Shown here: piece after piece, positions 44,937 to 54,534 of the stretch
How positions within the stretch are numbered: position 1 is the first letter of the stretch
Layout: every line of letters starts with the position of its first letter
Sequence record: MT135025.1
Direction: 5' to 3' (one strand)
DNA: 64,000 bases
Made by a program: the position numbers and the translations under genes
The notes under the pieces: model-generated
What the model was told of the DNA's origin: nothing
What the model saw: the letters and a program-made list of their open reading frames with translations, nothing else
The model's database searches: none

Positions 44937-45299
44937 ATGCCAGAATACAAACCCGCTGAAACAATCAAAGACTCTGCCGGTCATGAATATCAGATCGGCG
45001 CGTATTATAAAGTTCGTTGCACTGACAATGGCCCATTCGGTTACGGTGAAACTAAAATCGTCCCGATGACAGCAAATTTCGATTTTGCATATCACACAGT
45101 CGAAGAAGTTCACGGTGTGTTTGGTACAATTCGCAAGCCACCACCGAAACTAATCGAAGGTAGGGCATATATGTTCTACATGTGCGATTCTAACGAGCGT
45201 AGCGTGGGTATATGGGGCGGAATAGACAAAGGCTTTGTATGCGGTCCCGTTAATCTTAAAATGTCTCAAATCGACGCACAGACGCTCTCAGAGGTATAG
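44937..45299 (+). CDS. hypothetical protein
   Basis: ORF in series. Confidence 0.6.
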   Translation: MPEYKPAETIKDSAGHEYQIGAYYKVRCTDNGPFGYGETKIVPMTANFDFAYHTVEEVHGVFGTIRKPPPKLIEGRAYMFYMCDSNERSVGIWGGIDKGFVCGPVNLKMSQIDAQTLSEV

Positions 45300-45479
45300 A
45301 TGAAATGTGAAATCTGCGGACACCCTGACGGGTACAGTGACGGTGTAGGTATGATTCTGTGCAATGACTGCTACAGTTTAGCACGTCGACCATTGATTGG
45401 TTACACTGAAGAAAGTCAGCCAGTTATCGTGCCACCGTCACTTGTAGACAAAATCAAAAAACTTTTCGAAAAGGGTTGA
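45300..45479 (+). CDS. small Zn-finger-like protein (59 aa)
   Basis: Manual translation MKCEICGH...LCNDC...; GAGG SD. Confidence 0.55.
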   Translation: MKCEICGHPDGYSDGVGMILCNDCYSLARRPLIGYTEESQPVIVPPSLVDKIKKLFEKG

Positions 45480-45505
45480 CTACGGTCAACCCTTTCTTGT
45501 ATTAT
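45470..45505 (+). promoter_or_regulatory. terminator/early-promoter cassette
   Basis: AAAGGGTTGAC-TACG-GTCAACCCTTTCTTGTATTAT, same as 9784-9819. Confidence 0.8.
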
Positions 45506-45540
45506 AGCTTCATCGAAACAAAACACGAAAAGAGAACATT

Positions 45541-45831
45541 ATGATTACACTATCTACTAACAAAGAACAACTAGCTATCTTCTGCGTACTTGATTCAGCA
45601 CTAAGTGCTCCAATCATGAACTTCGTTGAGACGAAGACAGTTCTAGACATGACTGTGTATCATCTTGTATTATCTCGCGAAGATGTTCTCGCACTAGCAA
45701 AAGCAGTTGAAGCAAGTGACTTTGATCACGAAGATGAGTTCGGTCTTATCTTTAACGAAACAATGTCAGAACTGCTTTTTGAAATCTACGAAGAAAACGA
45801 CACAGAATCTGTTCACGGTATCGCACTATAA
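45541..45831 (+). CDS. hypothetical early protein
   Basis: GAGAACATTATG start context. Confidence 0.7.
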   Translation: MITLSTNKEQLAIFCVLDSALSAPIMNFVETKTVLDMTVYHLVLSREDVLALAKAVEASDFDHEDEFGLIFNETMSELLFEIYEENDTESVHGIAL

Positions 45832-45841
45832 GGAGCGCATT

Positions 45842-46294
45842 ATGATTTACCCATTATCACCTGTACTTTGGTCTTTTCAAGATGTTGAACGCGAAACTGG
45901 TCTTCGCATTTGGGAAGAAATGATCCCGAACGTAGAAGGTACTGGCATTCGTCTGTTTGCTGCGAAGTACAATCAATTTGTATTCGACGCTGTTCACCCT
46001 AGTGTACCGCTGTGCGACCACTTTAACGTACTGCCGCCTCTTGATGCGACAATCAACTTTCATAACAATAGCTATACGATTGTTATCATCACTGAAGATT
46101 CATTCGATGTGCTTTTCTCAGAGCGTGCAAGCGAACGTACAATTGCAGACGTTGAACGTATCATTAACGATGTCGCCGAGAGTTGGAACGAACATCGCCT
46201 TTGTACTCACGAGCAGCGTTATACAATCGAGTGGTGCAGTGCTATTCAAGACTACATCATTAATACAGTCACGTTTGATCGCAAGTGGGGATAA
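45842..46294 (+). CDS. hypothetical protein
   Basis: AAGGAG SD before ATG 45842. Confidence 0.7.
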   Translation: MIYPLSPVLWSFQDVERETGLRIWEEMIPNVEGTGIRLFAAKYNQFVFDAVHPSVPLCDHFNVLPPLDATINFHNNSYTIVIITEDSFDVLFSERASERTIADVERIINDVAESWNEHRLCTHEQRYTIEWCSAIQDYIINTVTFDRKWG

Positions 46295-46296
46295 TC

Positions 46297-46563
46297 ATGG
46301 AATATATGTCTTTCATTGCATTTGTTGGTTTTGTTGCATATGCAATATACATTCTTGTGAGAAAAGAACCTTGCAAGCACGACTGGATTACTATCAAAGA
46401 CGATACGACAAAATCTCGCGGTGAAATATACGGTGAAATGACTGGAAAAGTTCCCTCGCCGCGCAACTCGTATCACATGGAAGAGCTTACAAAGCGCAAA
46501 CGTATCATAATTTTAAGCTGCTGCAAGTGCGGTAAGCTAGACAAAACAGTGGAGAATATCTAA
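46297..46563 (+). CDS. membrane-anchored Zn-ribbon-like protein
   Basis: TM then CKHDW...CCKCGKL. Confidence 0.6.
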   Translation: MEYMSFIAFVGFVAYAIYILVRKEPCKHDWITIKDDTTKSRGEIYGEMTGKVPSPRNSYHMEELTKRKRIIILSCCKCGKLDKTVENI

Positions 46564-46841
46564 TGCAGTACACACTTGATTTACTCAATGAAAAGCTTGA
46601 ATCCCTCAAGTCAGAACAATTTGGTTGGGTTGTTGCATTACCTAAAAAAGAAGGTGATGACATTGCAACTGTTCAGAAAATCATTACTGACATTGCAGTT
46701 CAGATTACATCAATCGAGCACGATATTAAACTCATCGAAGCATCACGAGGTCTAAATGCAAGAGTAGTTAAGCAAATCGTCGATGAACATTACCGCGAAC
46801 ACTACAAACTTGACGAAAACGACAACTTTATCGGAGATTAA
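46563..46841 (+). CDS. hypothetical protein
   Basis: TAATG-coupled ORF. Confidence 0.6.
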   Translation: MQYTLDLLNEKLESLKSEQFGWVVALPKKEGDDIATVQKIITDIAVQITSIEHDIKLIEASRGLNARVVKQIVDEHYREHYKLDENDNFIGD

Positions 46842-46842
46842 C

Positions 46843-47667
46843 ATGGAAATTGAAATCGAGCGCAAATGGCTAGTTACTGCTGAACAGTATCGTGAATTCG
46901 TAAACTGGATGCATTATCGCGATAACGGCGCCACTTCAATGAACATCTTTCAGCGTTATTTCAAGAAAGATGAGATCTCATTCGTCGATGGCTCGTTTTA
47001 CATCAACAGTCGAGTGAAGGAAGGTCGCGGTTATTTGATTAAAGCACCGAAAGACTGTCCTGATCTAACTGGCGTGAATCTACGCAAGCTAGGTGCGCGT
47101 ATGCGACTAACCACGTCTGAAAACTTCATTGACAAGCTTGAATTCACAATCAAGATTCCACACGGTGACGGCATTGCCAAGCGTGAAATCAATATCCCAC
47201 TTGAATCTGGTTATGCAGACTTGATCACAGATTCGATTGAGAAAGATGACAAGCTAAATCGCAATACAACCGAAGTCGTCCCGACGGGATTGATTAAAAA
47301 GGTTCGGTGGTCAGGTGAAGTTGACGACGTACATTACGATGCTGACCGTTTCACGAATCGACCTTTTTACATAATCGAAGCTGAATTCAAAGATGAAGCT
47401 GAAGCTGAAGCATTCGTCTCACCTTTTGAGTTCATTCGCGAGGTGACGGAAGACAAGCGATTCAGCAACAAGCGAATGGCATGGAATCACGATGCCGCCG
47501 ACGGGTTGGCTAGTAATATTCGTCTTTATGTCGAGAAGCTTGAGAAAGAAGCGAATGCATTGCGAAGTGATACGCTAGTATCAATGCGTGAAAGCGTAAC
47601 GAACGAAATCATGGCAGAACGTTACGAGAAAATTGCTCGTGACTTAAAACACATTGTAGGTGCGTAA
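46843..47667 (+). CDS. CYTH (triphosphate tunnel metalloenzyme)-like protein
   Basis: ExExK motif EIEIERKWLV, R.R, TIK, REINI, KVR, D.F....IIEAEF, EVTEDKRFSN..MA. Confidence 0.75.
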   Translation: MEIEIERKWLVTAEQYREFVNWMHYRDNGATSMNIFQRYFKKDEISFVDGSFYINSRVKEGRGYLIKAPKDCPDLTGVNLRKLGARMRLTTSENFIDKLEFTIKIPHGDGIAKREINIPLESGYADLITDSIEKDDKLNRNTTEVVPTGLIKKVRWSGEVDDVHYDADRFTNRPFYIIEAEFKDEAEAEAFVSPFEFIREVTEDKRFSNKRMAWNHDAADGLASNIRLYVEKLEKEANALRSDTLVSMRESVTNEIMAERYEKIARDLKHIVGA

Positions 47668-48149
47668 TGAAAGTAATTGCAATTCACATTAACAACTTAA
47701 CAACTGGTATGATGTGCGGGTCGCCACTCGCACAAGGTTCTTTCAATCTAATCGTTGATCGTCTACCTAGCGAAGCAGTGTATGAACGACACGGGAGATT
47801 TCTGTTCAGCAACACAGACGGTGTTTGGCGTCACTTTACAATCGGCGAACAAGGCGGTTTTGCAGGTCGTACGTTCAAACTACGCATGAAGGGTGGTACT
47901 GTATTCAAGAACAAAGGTTATCATTATGAAGAATTCAAAGGTAATCTGTGGGATACTGCTGCTGGATTGCAAAAGTGTATGGAACTTGCTGGCGGTCCCT
48001 TGATGAGCGTTTCATTGCGTAGTTGTCGAGACAATGGCTGTTTCATTGGTGGATATTACTTCAGTCAAGAAGAAGTTCTTTTGAAGTTCAGTCACTTGAT
48101 TCGTTTTGCACCTTCGACTCAAAACAGCGCGATTACATTCGGTGAGTAA
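47667..48149 (+). CDS. hypothetical protein
   Basis: TAATG-coupled ORF. Confidence 0.65.
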   Translation: MKVIAIHINNLTTGMMCGSPLAQGSFNLIVDRLPSEAVYERHGRFLFSNTDGVWRHFTIGEQGGFAGRTFKLRMKGGTVFKNKGYHYEEFKGNLWDTAAGLQKCMELAGGPLMSVSLRSCRDNGCFIGGYYFSQEEVLLKFSHLIRFAPSTQNSAITFGE

Positions 48150-48151
48150 AA

Positions 48152-48784
48152 ATGAAGATCAATAAATTTCAAGTAGACGGCAAGCCATTCTTGATGATTG
48201 ATGACTTTCTACCTAGTGAAGTTGTTGATGAAATCGAGGACACGTTAAAATCAATCAACGATTGGGATCACGCCGACAACATCTTTGACTTCAATACGAT
48301 TGTCAAAGACAAAACCGCGATACTGCAAGGTGACCAATATCGCTTGCGAACTGGTGTGTTAGCTGAACTTGCCGAATCGACGCTCGACCGAATTCTTGAA
48401 ATACTCGAAACTGAATTCGGATGCAAGTACGATAAAGACGTTCTTCGTAAAATCAACGAATGGGAATATGCGTTTCGTTTCAATACATCGTATTATGAAA
48501 AAGTAAACGATGAAATGCTGTTTCATTATGACAGCAAAGGCGTAACATTCATGTATATGCCATGCGACCAGCATGACGACGGTACGTATTTCTTCGCTGA
48601 CGGTGATCGTGACAAGCACGTATACACTCTGAAGCATAAGCGCGGGTCAGTTGCGATATTCAATGCAAGTGATATTATGCATTGCAGCGCGAAGCCGTCA
48701 CCGCTTGATGACTACCGATACACTATGGTATGGCAGTTTGTATTCCCGTCTCATCTTAAACCAATTAGAGAAGTAATCGCATGA
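48152..48784 (+). CDS. 2OG-Fe(II) dioxygenase-like protein (paralog 1)
   Basis: HYD...GTYF...KRGSVAIFNASDIMHCS...RYTMV (HxD...H...R). Confidence 0.7.
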   Translation: MKINKFQVDGKPFLMIDDFLPSEVVDEIEDTLKSINDWDHADNIFDFNTIVKDKTAILQGDQYRLRTGVLAELAESTLDRILEILETEFGCKYDKDVLRKINEWEYAFRFNTSYYEKVNDEMLFHYDSKGVTFMYMPCDQHDDGTYFFADGDRDKHVYTLKHKRGSVAIFNASDIMHCSAKPSPLDDYRYTMVWQFVFPSHLKPIREVIA

Positions 48785-49395
48785 AATACGAAAAATTTCA
48801 AATCGACGGGTGCGCGTTTGTATTGATTGAAGATCTATTGCCAGAAGAGTTGGTTGAAAAACTTGATAAAGCAATGAAGAAAGAACTTGCATGGCAACAC
48901 GACGACAACATTTTTAAGTTTTGCCATTACGTTAAAGATCGTTCAGCAACTCTTCAAGGTGATATGTTTGAACTTGCCGATGATCCAGAGTTGACTGAAC
49001 TTTCAGATCAGCTACTACAACACGTTTTGGATTTCATCAAAGCTGAGTTCAATCACGAGTTCACGATTGAAGAACTAAAGCCGATATTTTCTCGCGAACG
49101 AATTCACCGATACAAACCGCATTACTACGACAATGCAAAAGGTAACTTGCTGTATCATAAAGATGCGTGGATGACTATTTTCTACATGCCAGATGCGTAT
49201 GCAGATGAAGGCACTCATTTTTATGCAAATGAAGACCCAGAACAGCTTGTTTACACGCTGAAGCACAAACGTGGTATGATTGCGTTATTCAACGGTGACA
49301 TTCTACACGCACCAGCTAAGATGTCAGAAACAGACACAAATAGAATTGTGTTGACTATGCAATATCATACTCATATTCAAGACATAATCTCATAG
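48781..49395 (+). CDS. 2OG-Fe(II) dioxygenase-like protein (paralog 2)
   Basis: HKD...GTHF...KRGMIALFNGDILHAP...RIVLT. Confidence 0.7.
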   Translation: MKYEKFQIDGCAFVLIEDLLPEELVEKLDKAMKKELAWQHDDNIFKFCHYVKDRSATLQGDMFELADDPELTELSDQLLQHVLDFIKAEFNHEFTIEELKPIFSRERIHRYKPHYYDNAKGNLLYHKDAWMTIFYMPDAYADEGTHFYANEDPEQLVYTLKHKRGMIALFNGDILHAPAKMSETDTNRIVLTMQYHTHIQDIIS

Positions 49396-49402
49396 GTGAA
49401 AC

Positions 49403-49930
49403 ATGGACAGTCACAGAGCAGAAATCATCCGTTTGAAACGACGTGTGTCTAAGCTAGAAGAATTGGTGAAAACTCTCATGAATCGTGACGTTACACCCCG
49501 TAACGTTTTCGATGAAGAAGACGAGCACATTTCATTACATCCCGTTGATGACACATTCGATATGTTTCGAATCAAGCGTGAGCTATTGCAAGCAATGTCT
49601 CAACAATCTGTGCGTTATCTCGACATTACGTTCGAGAATTATCCTGACGTAGCACGACACAAAGTGTATCAGAATCATCTAATGCAAGATGTCGGTATGT
49701 CAGATGCCGACCGCAAGAAACTTGCAAAGACTCGTTACATGATTGCCGATGAAATGTCAGTGGGTGATGAGTTCGAATGTCCCGGATGTGGTGAGAAAGT
49801 CATTAAGAAATCTTACCAGCATCGTTTCTGTGGTGTGAAGAAACAAGGTCAGAGCAATTGCAAAGACTTTATAAACAATTGGTTTAACCCAAAGCGTTTA
49901 GAACGCACACTTGAATGGCTTGAGAAATGA
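49403..49930 (+). CDS. hypothetical protein with C-terminal Zn finger
   Basis: CPGCG...K.SYQHRFC......CKD..NN. Confidence 0.65.
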   Translation: MDSHRAEIIRLKRRVSKLEELVKTLMNRDVTPRNVFDEEDEHISLHPVDDTFDMFRIKRELLQAMSQQSVRYLDITFENYPDVARHKVYQNHLMQDVGMSDADRKKLAKTRYMIADEMSVGDEFECPGCGEKVIKKSYQHRFCGVKKQGQSNCKDFINNWFNPKRLERTLEWLEK

Positions 49931-50175
49931 AGACAAGAATAGTAAGATTCGAAGACGGTACGGGAAAATCACTGTATCGCATACAGTTCAAGAATTGGTA
50001 TTGGCCATTCTGGACATTTTACAAACGAATGAATGATGCAGGAAGTGAAGGCATTGTTGAGTGCGAGACTATTGAAGATGCAATTAAATGTCTTCAATGC
50101 GACGCTCAACGAGAACTTCACCGTCATCGTGAGTTCAAAGAAGTTGTGGGAAGTTATGATGATCAAATCTGTTAA
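49927..50175 (+). CDS. hypothetical protein
   Basis: ATGA-coupled ORF. Confidence 0.6.
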   Translation: MKTRIVRFEDGTGKSLYRIQFKNWYWPFWTFYKRMNDAGSEGIVECETIEDAIKCLQCDAQRELHRHREFKEVVGSYDDQIC

Positions 50176-50509
50176 AGCTTTATTCAGCAAACGCAAATGG
50201 AATGTGGTAGGTCGTTCTGAAAATCTCGATTTATGGACAGTGACTACTCGCAGACCACAAGTGAAATGTCGATTACTATTGAAAGAAGATCAGTACGGGA
50301 ATCGTGATTATGAACTTGACATGCTCGACGACTCTCCTGTTAATTACAATAGTTCAATTCGCTATTGCATGATTGACCAAATCATCCCGCGTGAATACAT
50401 TCACAAGTTCTTGAAAGGTTGGTCAGTAGACAAAATCAACCGCATTTACGGGAAGACTGTCTTTACCATTGAGAAAACGCCATACGAGTCTTTCAAAGAC
50501 TGGCGTTAA
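50156..50509 (+). CDS. hypothetical protein
   Basis: ORF ending just before terminator. Confidence 0.6.
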   Translation: MMIKSVKALFSKRKWNVVGRSENLDLWTVTTRRPQVKCRLLLKEDQYGNRDYELDMLDDSPVNYNSSIRYCMIDQIIPREYIHKFLKGWSVDKINRIYGKTVFTIEKTPYESFKDWR

Positions 50510-50510
50510 T

Positions 50511-50536
50511 AAAAGCCCCTTAATTGGGGCTTTTTT
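50511..50536 (+). terminator. intrinsic terminator
   Basis: AAAAGCCCC-TTAATT-GGGGCTTTTTT. Confidence 0.85.
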
Positions 50537-50565
50537 AGGTTTGATGAAAATAATTGAAAAAGTTA

Positions 50566-50594
50566 TTGACGAGTGTTTAGAATTTGCCTAATAT
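50566..50594 (+). promoter_or_regulatory. early promoter
   Basis: TTGACG-17 bp-TAATAT, ATCGAAACG leader. Confidence 0.75.
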
Positions 50595-50629
50595 GTGTCT
50601 ATCGAAACGAAACAACGAAAGAGAAAATT

Positions 50630-50959
50630 ATGACTACAATCACATTTACGAGCGACACTCACTTCGGTCACGCTTCTGTATCATCAAATGATTTAGTGAC
50701 TAAGCTGTTCAAAGAGATTCTTCGCAAGAATAACATTAGTTATCGCAAATTGTACCGCGAGAAACGCACGTCAGCGCATCGTAGCAACATTGACGGTAAG
50801 AGCGTACGATTCGTCGGAGTTCGTCATACAATCGCTGAGAAGACGATAGAGAAGGTTCTACGCGAGTTTAACGCTATCATGCCAGATACTTACGTGGCTG
50901 AGTACAACAAGCCATGGTCTCGTTATGCATGTGCATCATTTCAAATTTTTAAGAAGTAG
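50630..50959 (+). CDS. hypothetical early protein
   Basis: GAGA SD; N-terminus FTSDTHFGH resembles metallophosphoesterase start but remainder does not. Confidence 0.6.
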   Translation: MTTITFTSDTHFGHASVSSNDLVTKLFKEILRKNNISYRKLYREKRTSAHRSNIDGKSVRFVGVRHTIAEKTIEKVLREFNAIMPDTYVAEYNKPWSRYACASFQIFKK

Positions 50960-50962
50960 ATT

Positions 50963-51310
50963 ATGATTAAAAAAGACGTTAGTCGCCTCACGGTAGGCGA
51001 CATCAATTACGACACCGATTGGACGAGTACCATCATCTTAGATGAAGGCGTCTACAAACTTTCAGGTGTTCAAAAAGACGGTGAGAAACTGCCTGACTTT
51101 GAGCACGAAGAACTTGAACACGTGATCGCGGTTGTTAATCAATCAATCGCTGATAGAACAAGCGGATCATTCATGCGACAGTTCAATCGCCACATTGTCA
51201 TTGAATCGACAAACAGCTTGCTGCATGTTCGCTTAGGTTACGGTTCGTATGATAGTAAATCACCAATGCATTACTTGCACGAGATTAAAATCGAGGTTAA
51301 AAATGACTAA
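50963..51310 (+). CDS. hypothetical protein
   Basis: ORF in series. Confidence 0.6.
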   Translation: MIKKDVSRLTVGDINYDTDWTSTIILDEGVYKLSGVQKDGEKLPDFEHEELEHVIAVVNQSIADRTSGSFMRQFNRHIVIESTNSLLHVRLGYGSYDSKSPMHYLHEIKIEVKND

Positions 51311-51737
51311 AGGTTGGTCAGATTACGAGCTTGAAGGTCGCTCAAAACAAGAACCTGTTCGACACAAGATGCAAGATTCAGTCGATGAAATGTGTCGTAT
51401 TATGCGAGACGAGCATGATCGTTTCAGCGTCTCAACTCACACGGTTGATTTCGACAATGGGATTGAGTTATGGCGCACCGATATGACTTGCATTTGGACT
51501 GGTAGAACTACTCAAAAGGTATTCACATGGGAACAAGCAAAACAGCTACGTGATGCATATGACGACGGTATGCAGACTAAGAAGACTAAAGCACAAGAAG
51601 AAATCGAACGCAAATTCTTGCGCAAAAAACAACGTCCCAAAGAGCCAGTAGCTGAGAAAAACAGTGATCGTGGCATTGGCGTTGAAATGGTTGGTATTAA
51701 GAAGTCAGATAAACGCTGGTGGGAGTTTTGGAAATGA
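51303..51737 (+). CDS. hypothetical protein
   Basis: GAGG SD; KRWWEFWK C-terminus. Confidence 0.65.
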   Translation: MTKGWSDYELEGRSKQEPVRHKMQDSVDEMCRIMRDEHDRFSVSTHTVDFDNGIELWRTDMTCIWTGRTTQKVFTWEQAKQLRDAYDDGMQTKKTKAQEEIERKFLRKKQRPKEPVAEKNSDRGIGVEMVGIKKSDKRWWEFWK

Positions 51738-52198
51738 AATCACAAGAAGAATTTGCACGTCAAGCAATGCGCGTAAGAGCAGCAGTTGGCTTGTTTGATA
51801 CAGACATTAGCTTCCAAGAAGCATTAAACGATGATTTGTCCCATCGTGGTCAGCGTGTCATGTCAGCGTTACCAGACAACATTCAGTTCATGTGGCAGAA
51901 ACGCGACGAAATGAACGAAAAGATTTTAGCTGAAATCAGTTGCATCGAAAAGCGCATTGACAAAACGCTATGCGAAATCAACGATCCGTTACATGCAATC
52001 GGAAAATACGTAGCGAAGAAATCAGGCAAGCCATTTAAAGGCGGCGAAGATATTGTCAAAGTAACGGGTATTACAAGACACCCTCACGTCGATGGGTATG
52101 CGTTTACTTACAACTACTCAGAAGAAGACGGTAAATTGGCACAATCATACATTCACACAGCTATGGTAATTATCAACTATTCTAGTTTGAAATTATGA
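51734..52198 (+). CDS. hypothetical protein
   Basis: GK.V.KKSGKPFK.G motif. Confidence 0.65.
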   Translation: MKSQEEFARQAMRVRAAVGLFDTDISFQEALNDDLSHRGQRVMSALPDNIQFMWQKRDEMNEKILAEISCIEKRIDKTLCEINDPLHAIGKYVAKKSGKPFKGGEDIVKVTGITRHPHVDGYAFTYNYSEEDGKLAQSYIHTAMVIINYSSLKL

Positions 52199-52665
52199 TC
52201 ATTTATGAAAACGGAATCCCCGTCAAGACTCACGAACATCAACCAGAGAGTAAAACAATGTTAGAAAAAGTAAACGAATTTGTAAAAGCAAAACCACTTG
52301 TATCACTTGCACTTGCCGTTGCAATCGGTGTAATTGGTACTAAAGTGATTCAATCTGATCCACTTGCTGAAAAACCGCTATTGAAATACCGCGTCGTGTA
52401 CGAATACAACAAAGATTACGGTCGTGATTGTGGTGATTTAGGCGACGGTTACTACTGGTACACGCAAGAACTCAACGAAGGCATCATCTTCGATAACTGG
52501 AAGCCAAGTGGTTGGTGTGCAGAAACCGAATCGGGTGCTCGTGAGTTGGCAGAAAGCGCGATTAAAAAGCGCATCGAAACTGAAAACTCTAAAGCGCGTG
52601 TATATCAAGCATGGGCAACTAAGGAAGACTCGGTACGTTTCGAGCCTCTAAAGGTGACTGAATGA
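52195..52665 (+). CDS. membrane-anchored hypothetical protein
   Basis: one TM; ATGA overlap. Confidence 0.6.
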   Translation: MIIYENGIPVKTHEHQPESKTMLEKVNEFVKAKPLVSLALAVAIGVIGTKVIQSDPLAEKPLLKYRVVYEYNKDYGRDCGDLGDGYYWYTQELNEGIIFDNWKPSGWCAETESGARELAESAIKKRIETENSKARVYQAWATKEDSVRFEPLKVTE

Positions 52666-52991
52666 TCTCACTAGGTACATTGATTGCACTGTTCGCAGTG
52701 CATTTCATTGCAGATTTCTTCGTACAAACTGAACATCAAGCAATGAACAAGAGCAAAGACATCTGGCCATTAGCTAGACACTGCCTAACATACGCACTGT
52801 GCTTCTTGCCATTTGGTATCCTGTTCGCAATCGTAACTGGTATACTGCACATGATTGTCGATTACATGACTTCAAGGATGACAAGCTCACTTTGGGCGAA
52901 AGGTGAAACTCGTAAGTTCTTCCAAGTCATCGGGTTCGATCAGTTCTTACATGCAGTTAGTTTAGTAACGATGTACGTAATTTTGAATTAA
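52662..52991 (+). CDS. DUF3307-like membrane protein
   Basis: HFIADFFVQT..QA.NKS, H.IVDY, IGFDQFLH. Confidence 0.75.
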   Translation: MISLGTLIALFAVHFIADFFVQTEHQAMNKSKDIWPLARHCLTYALCFLPFGILFAIVTGILHMIVDYMTSRMTSSLWAKGETRKFFQVIGFDQFLHAVSLVTMYVILN

Positions 52992-52998
52992 TTAAAGA

Positions 52999-53034
52999 AA
53001 AGTGGTTGCTCTATGCAGCCACTTTCTGTATTAT
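52999..53034 (+). promoter_or_regulatory. terminator/early-promoter cassette
   Basis: AAAGTGGTTGC-TCTAT-GCAGCCACTTT, TTGCTC-17 bp-TATTAT. Confidence 0.75.
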
Positions 53035-53073
53035 AGCTACATCAAGTGACGAGTTAAACAAAAAGAGAACATT

Positions 53074-53322
53074 ATGAAAATCAATCTTCGCAAACTTCTA
53101 ATGTGGTGGGACGAAAACGAACAAGTTGCTGCCGAGTTCACGAACTTCGTGCTTGAGTATGCAATGAAAGCTGGTAGTGACAACTTCATTTCAGATTATG
53201 CAACTTATCTTCGTGATTCTGGCAAGTACACTGTGCCAAATCTAGCCGACTTAGAATCTCTTCTTCGTCATGCGGGATTGAAATCTGAGTTTGATGGTCG
53301 CCACACTCGAATCGTTCTATAA
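53074..53322 (+). CDS. hypothetical early protein
   Basis: GAGAACATTATG start context. Confidence 0.7.
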   Translation: MKINLRKLLMWWDENEQVAAEFTNFVLEYAMKAGSDNFISDYATYLRDSGKYTVPNLADLESLLRHAGLKSEFDGRHTRIVL

Positions 53323-53331
53323 GAGGTCAAT

Positions 53332-53751
53332 ATGTTAAAGAAAATATGGCAAGCATTATTTCCAGACCCTGAATGGAAAGTAGCAGCATACACAGCTCAG
53401 AAGTCGTTCGATGTATCTAGCTCTTGGTGTAATAAAGGGGTTATTAAGTGTCGTGCAGTTATTCTAGTAGACAAGCATGACCGCCGACAAGTTAGAGTAG
53501 TATTCGATGAGTACGATTATGGTCGAGAAATATCAGCGTACAATGAGAACTTAATTCGAAAAATCTTATCGAGTAATAGTCTGGCATTGATTCGAGGCTC
53601 GATGAGTACTAGAAAGTTGAATAGCTATGATGGATTTGATCTGTGCGAACACCACGAAGCATTCTACGATTGGGAAACATTCAAGAATAACTTCATTTAT
53701 GGTGAAGTTGATTTATGTGGGAACTTAATTGAGAAAAGAGAAGCGGAATAG
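53332..53751 (+). CDS. hypothetical protein
   Basis: GAGG SD. Confidence 0.65.
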   Translation: MLKKIWQALFPDPEWKVAAYTAQKSFDVSSSWCNKGVIKCRAVILVDKHDRRQVRVVFDEYDYGREISAYNENLIRKILSSNSLALIRGSMSTRKLNSYDGFDLCEHHEAFYDWETFKNNFIYGEVDLCGNLIEKREAE

Positions 53752-53756
53752 CCAAC

Positions 53757-53835
53757 TGAGGCGGAAAAATTCCGCATCATCTTAGTAGAATTAGTAGTTT
53801 TAGTGAAGTTAGTAATATTAGGAGTATTAGAATGA
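53757..53835. repeat. hairpin plus 6x9-bp TTAG array, copy 2
   Basis: TTAG at 53782,53791,53800,53809,53818,53827; 56 bp identical to 4061-4116. Confidence 0.9.
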
Positions 53836-54527
53836 AGAAGCTCGTACTTGTAGCTGCCGCGGCTGTAGCTCTTGCCGGATGTGGTGATGTGCCACGTCTG
53901 GAAACTAAGACAGACAAGAAATTCACCACTGTTAATGCAGTCGTGAACAAAAAAGAGCGTGAAATGATTAACTACTGGATGGCAGATGCTGACGGTAGTA
54001 ACTATCTTTACAACAAGCTTTGGACTGCTCTTGCTACTCGTAACAAATACGGTTCTAATGCTGTGCGTCGTTCAGATGATGAAGTTCCGTTCTGTGATGT
54101 CATTGTAGCCCTTGCTAAATCTGAAGAAGATATTCGAAGCACGTACGAGCGCACATTTAATAATCAGTGGCGAACTCAATACGGAATTAGTCTTAATCAG
54201 CAATGTGGCTATACTCCACCAGAAACACTCGAAGAGCAAGCAGAGCGCGTTGAGAAACTTGAAATGCAAGCTGATTTGAAAAAGCGTGAGCAACAAGCAC
54301 AGAGTATTGAAACGCTTGATGACGTTGCCGACGCGACGACTGAGCTACTTGATCCGCATGAGTACGACTATCTGATCGAATCGGCACGCGAGTGTAATCG
54401 AGCCAAAACCAAATTGCTTGAACTAACGCAAGCAGGCAAACCTTTGACACAAGCTGACGGCTCAGATGCACGTAAGCTAATTATCGAATGCAAAATGCAT
54501 AAACTTGAAGTTGAATTGAATAAGTGA
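53832..54527 (+). CDS. putative lipoprotein
   Basis: MKKLVLVAAAAVALAG|C lipobox; AGGAG SD lies inside the TTAG array. Confidence 0.7.
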   Translation: MKKLVLVAAAAVALAGCGDVPRLETKTDKKFTTVNAVVNKKEREMINYWMADADGSNYLYNKLWTALATRNKYGSNAVRRSDDEVPFCDVIVALAKSEEDIRSTYERTFNNQWRTQYGISLNQQCGYTPPETLEEQAERVEKLEMQADLKKREQQAQSIETLDDVADATTELLDPHEYDYLIESARECNRAKTKLLELTQAGKPLTQADGSDARKLIIECKMHKLEVELNK

Positions 54528-54534
54528 GAAAAAC

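Noticed and set aside
50630-50959. Metallophosphoesterase (FTSDTHFGH start)
   Set aside because: Only the first motif is present; the 110-aa remainder lacks GD, GNHD and other calcineurin-like motifs.
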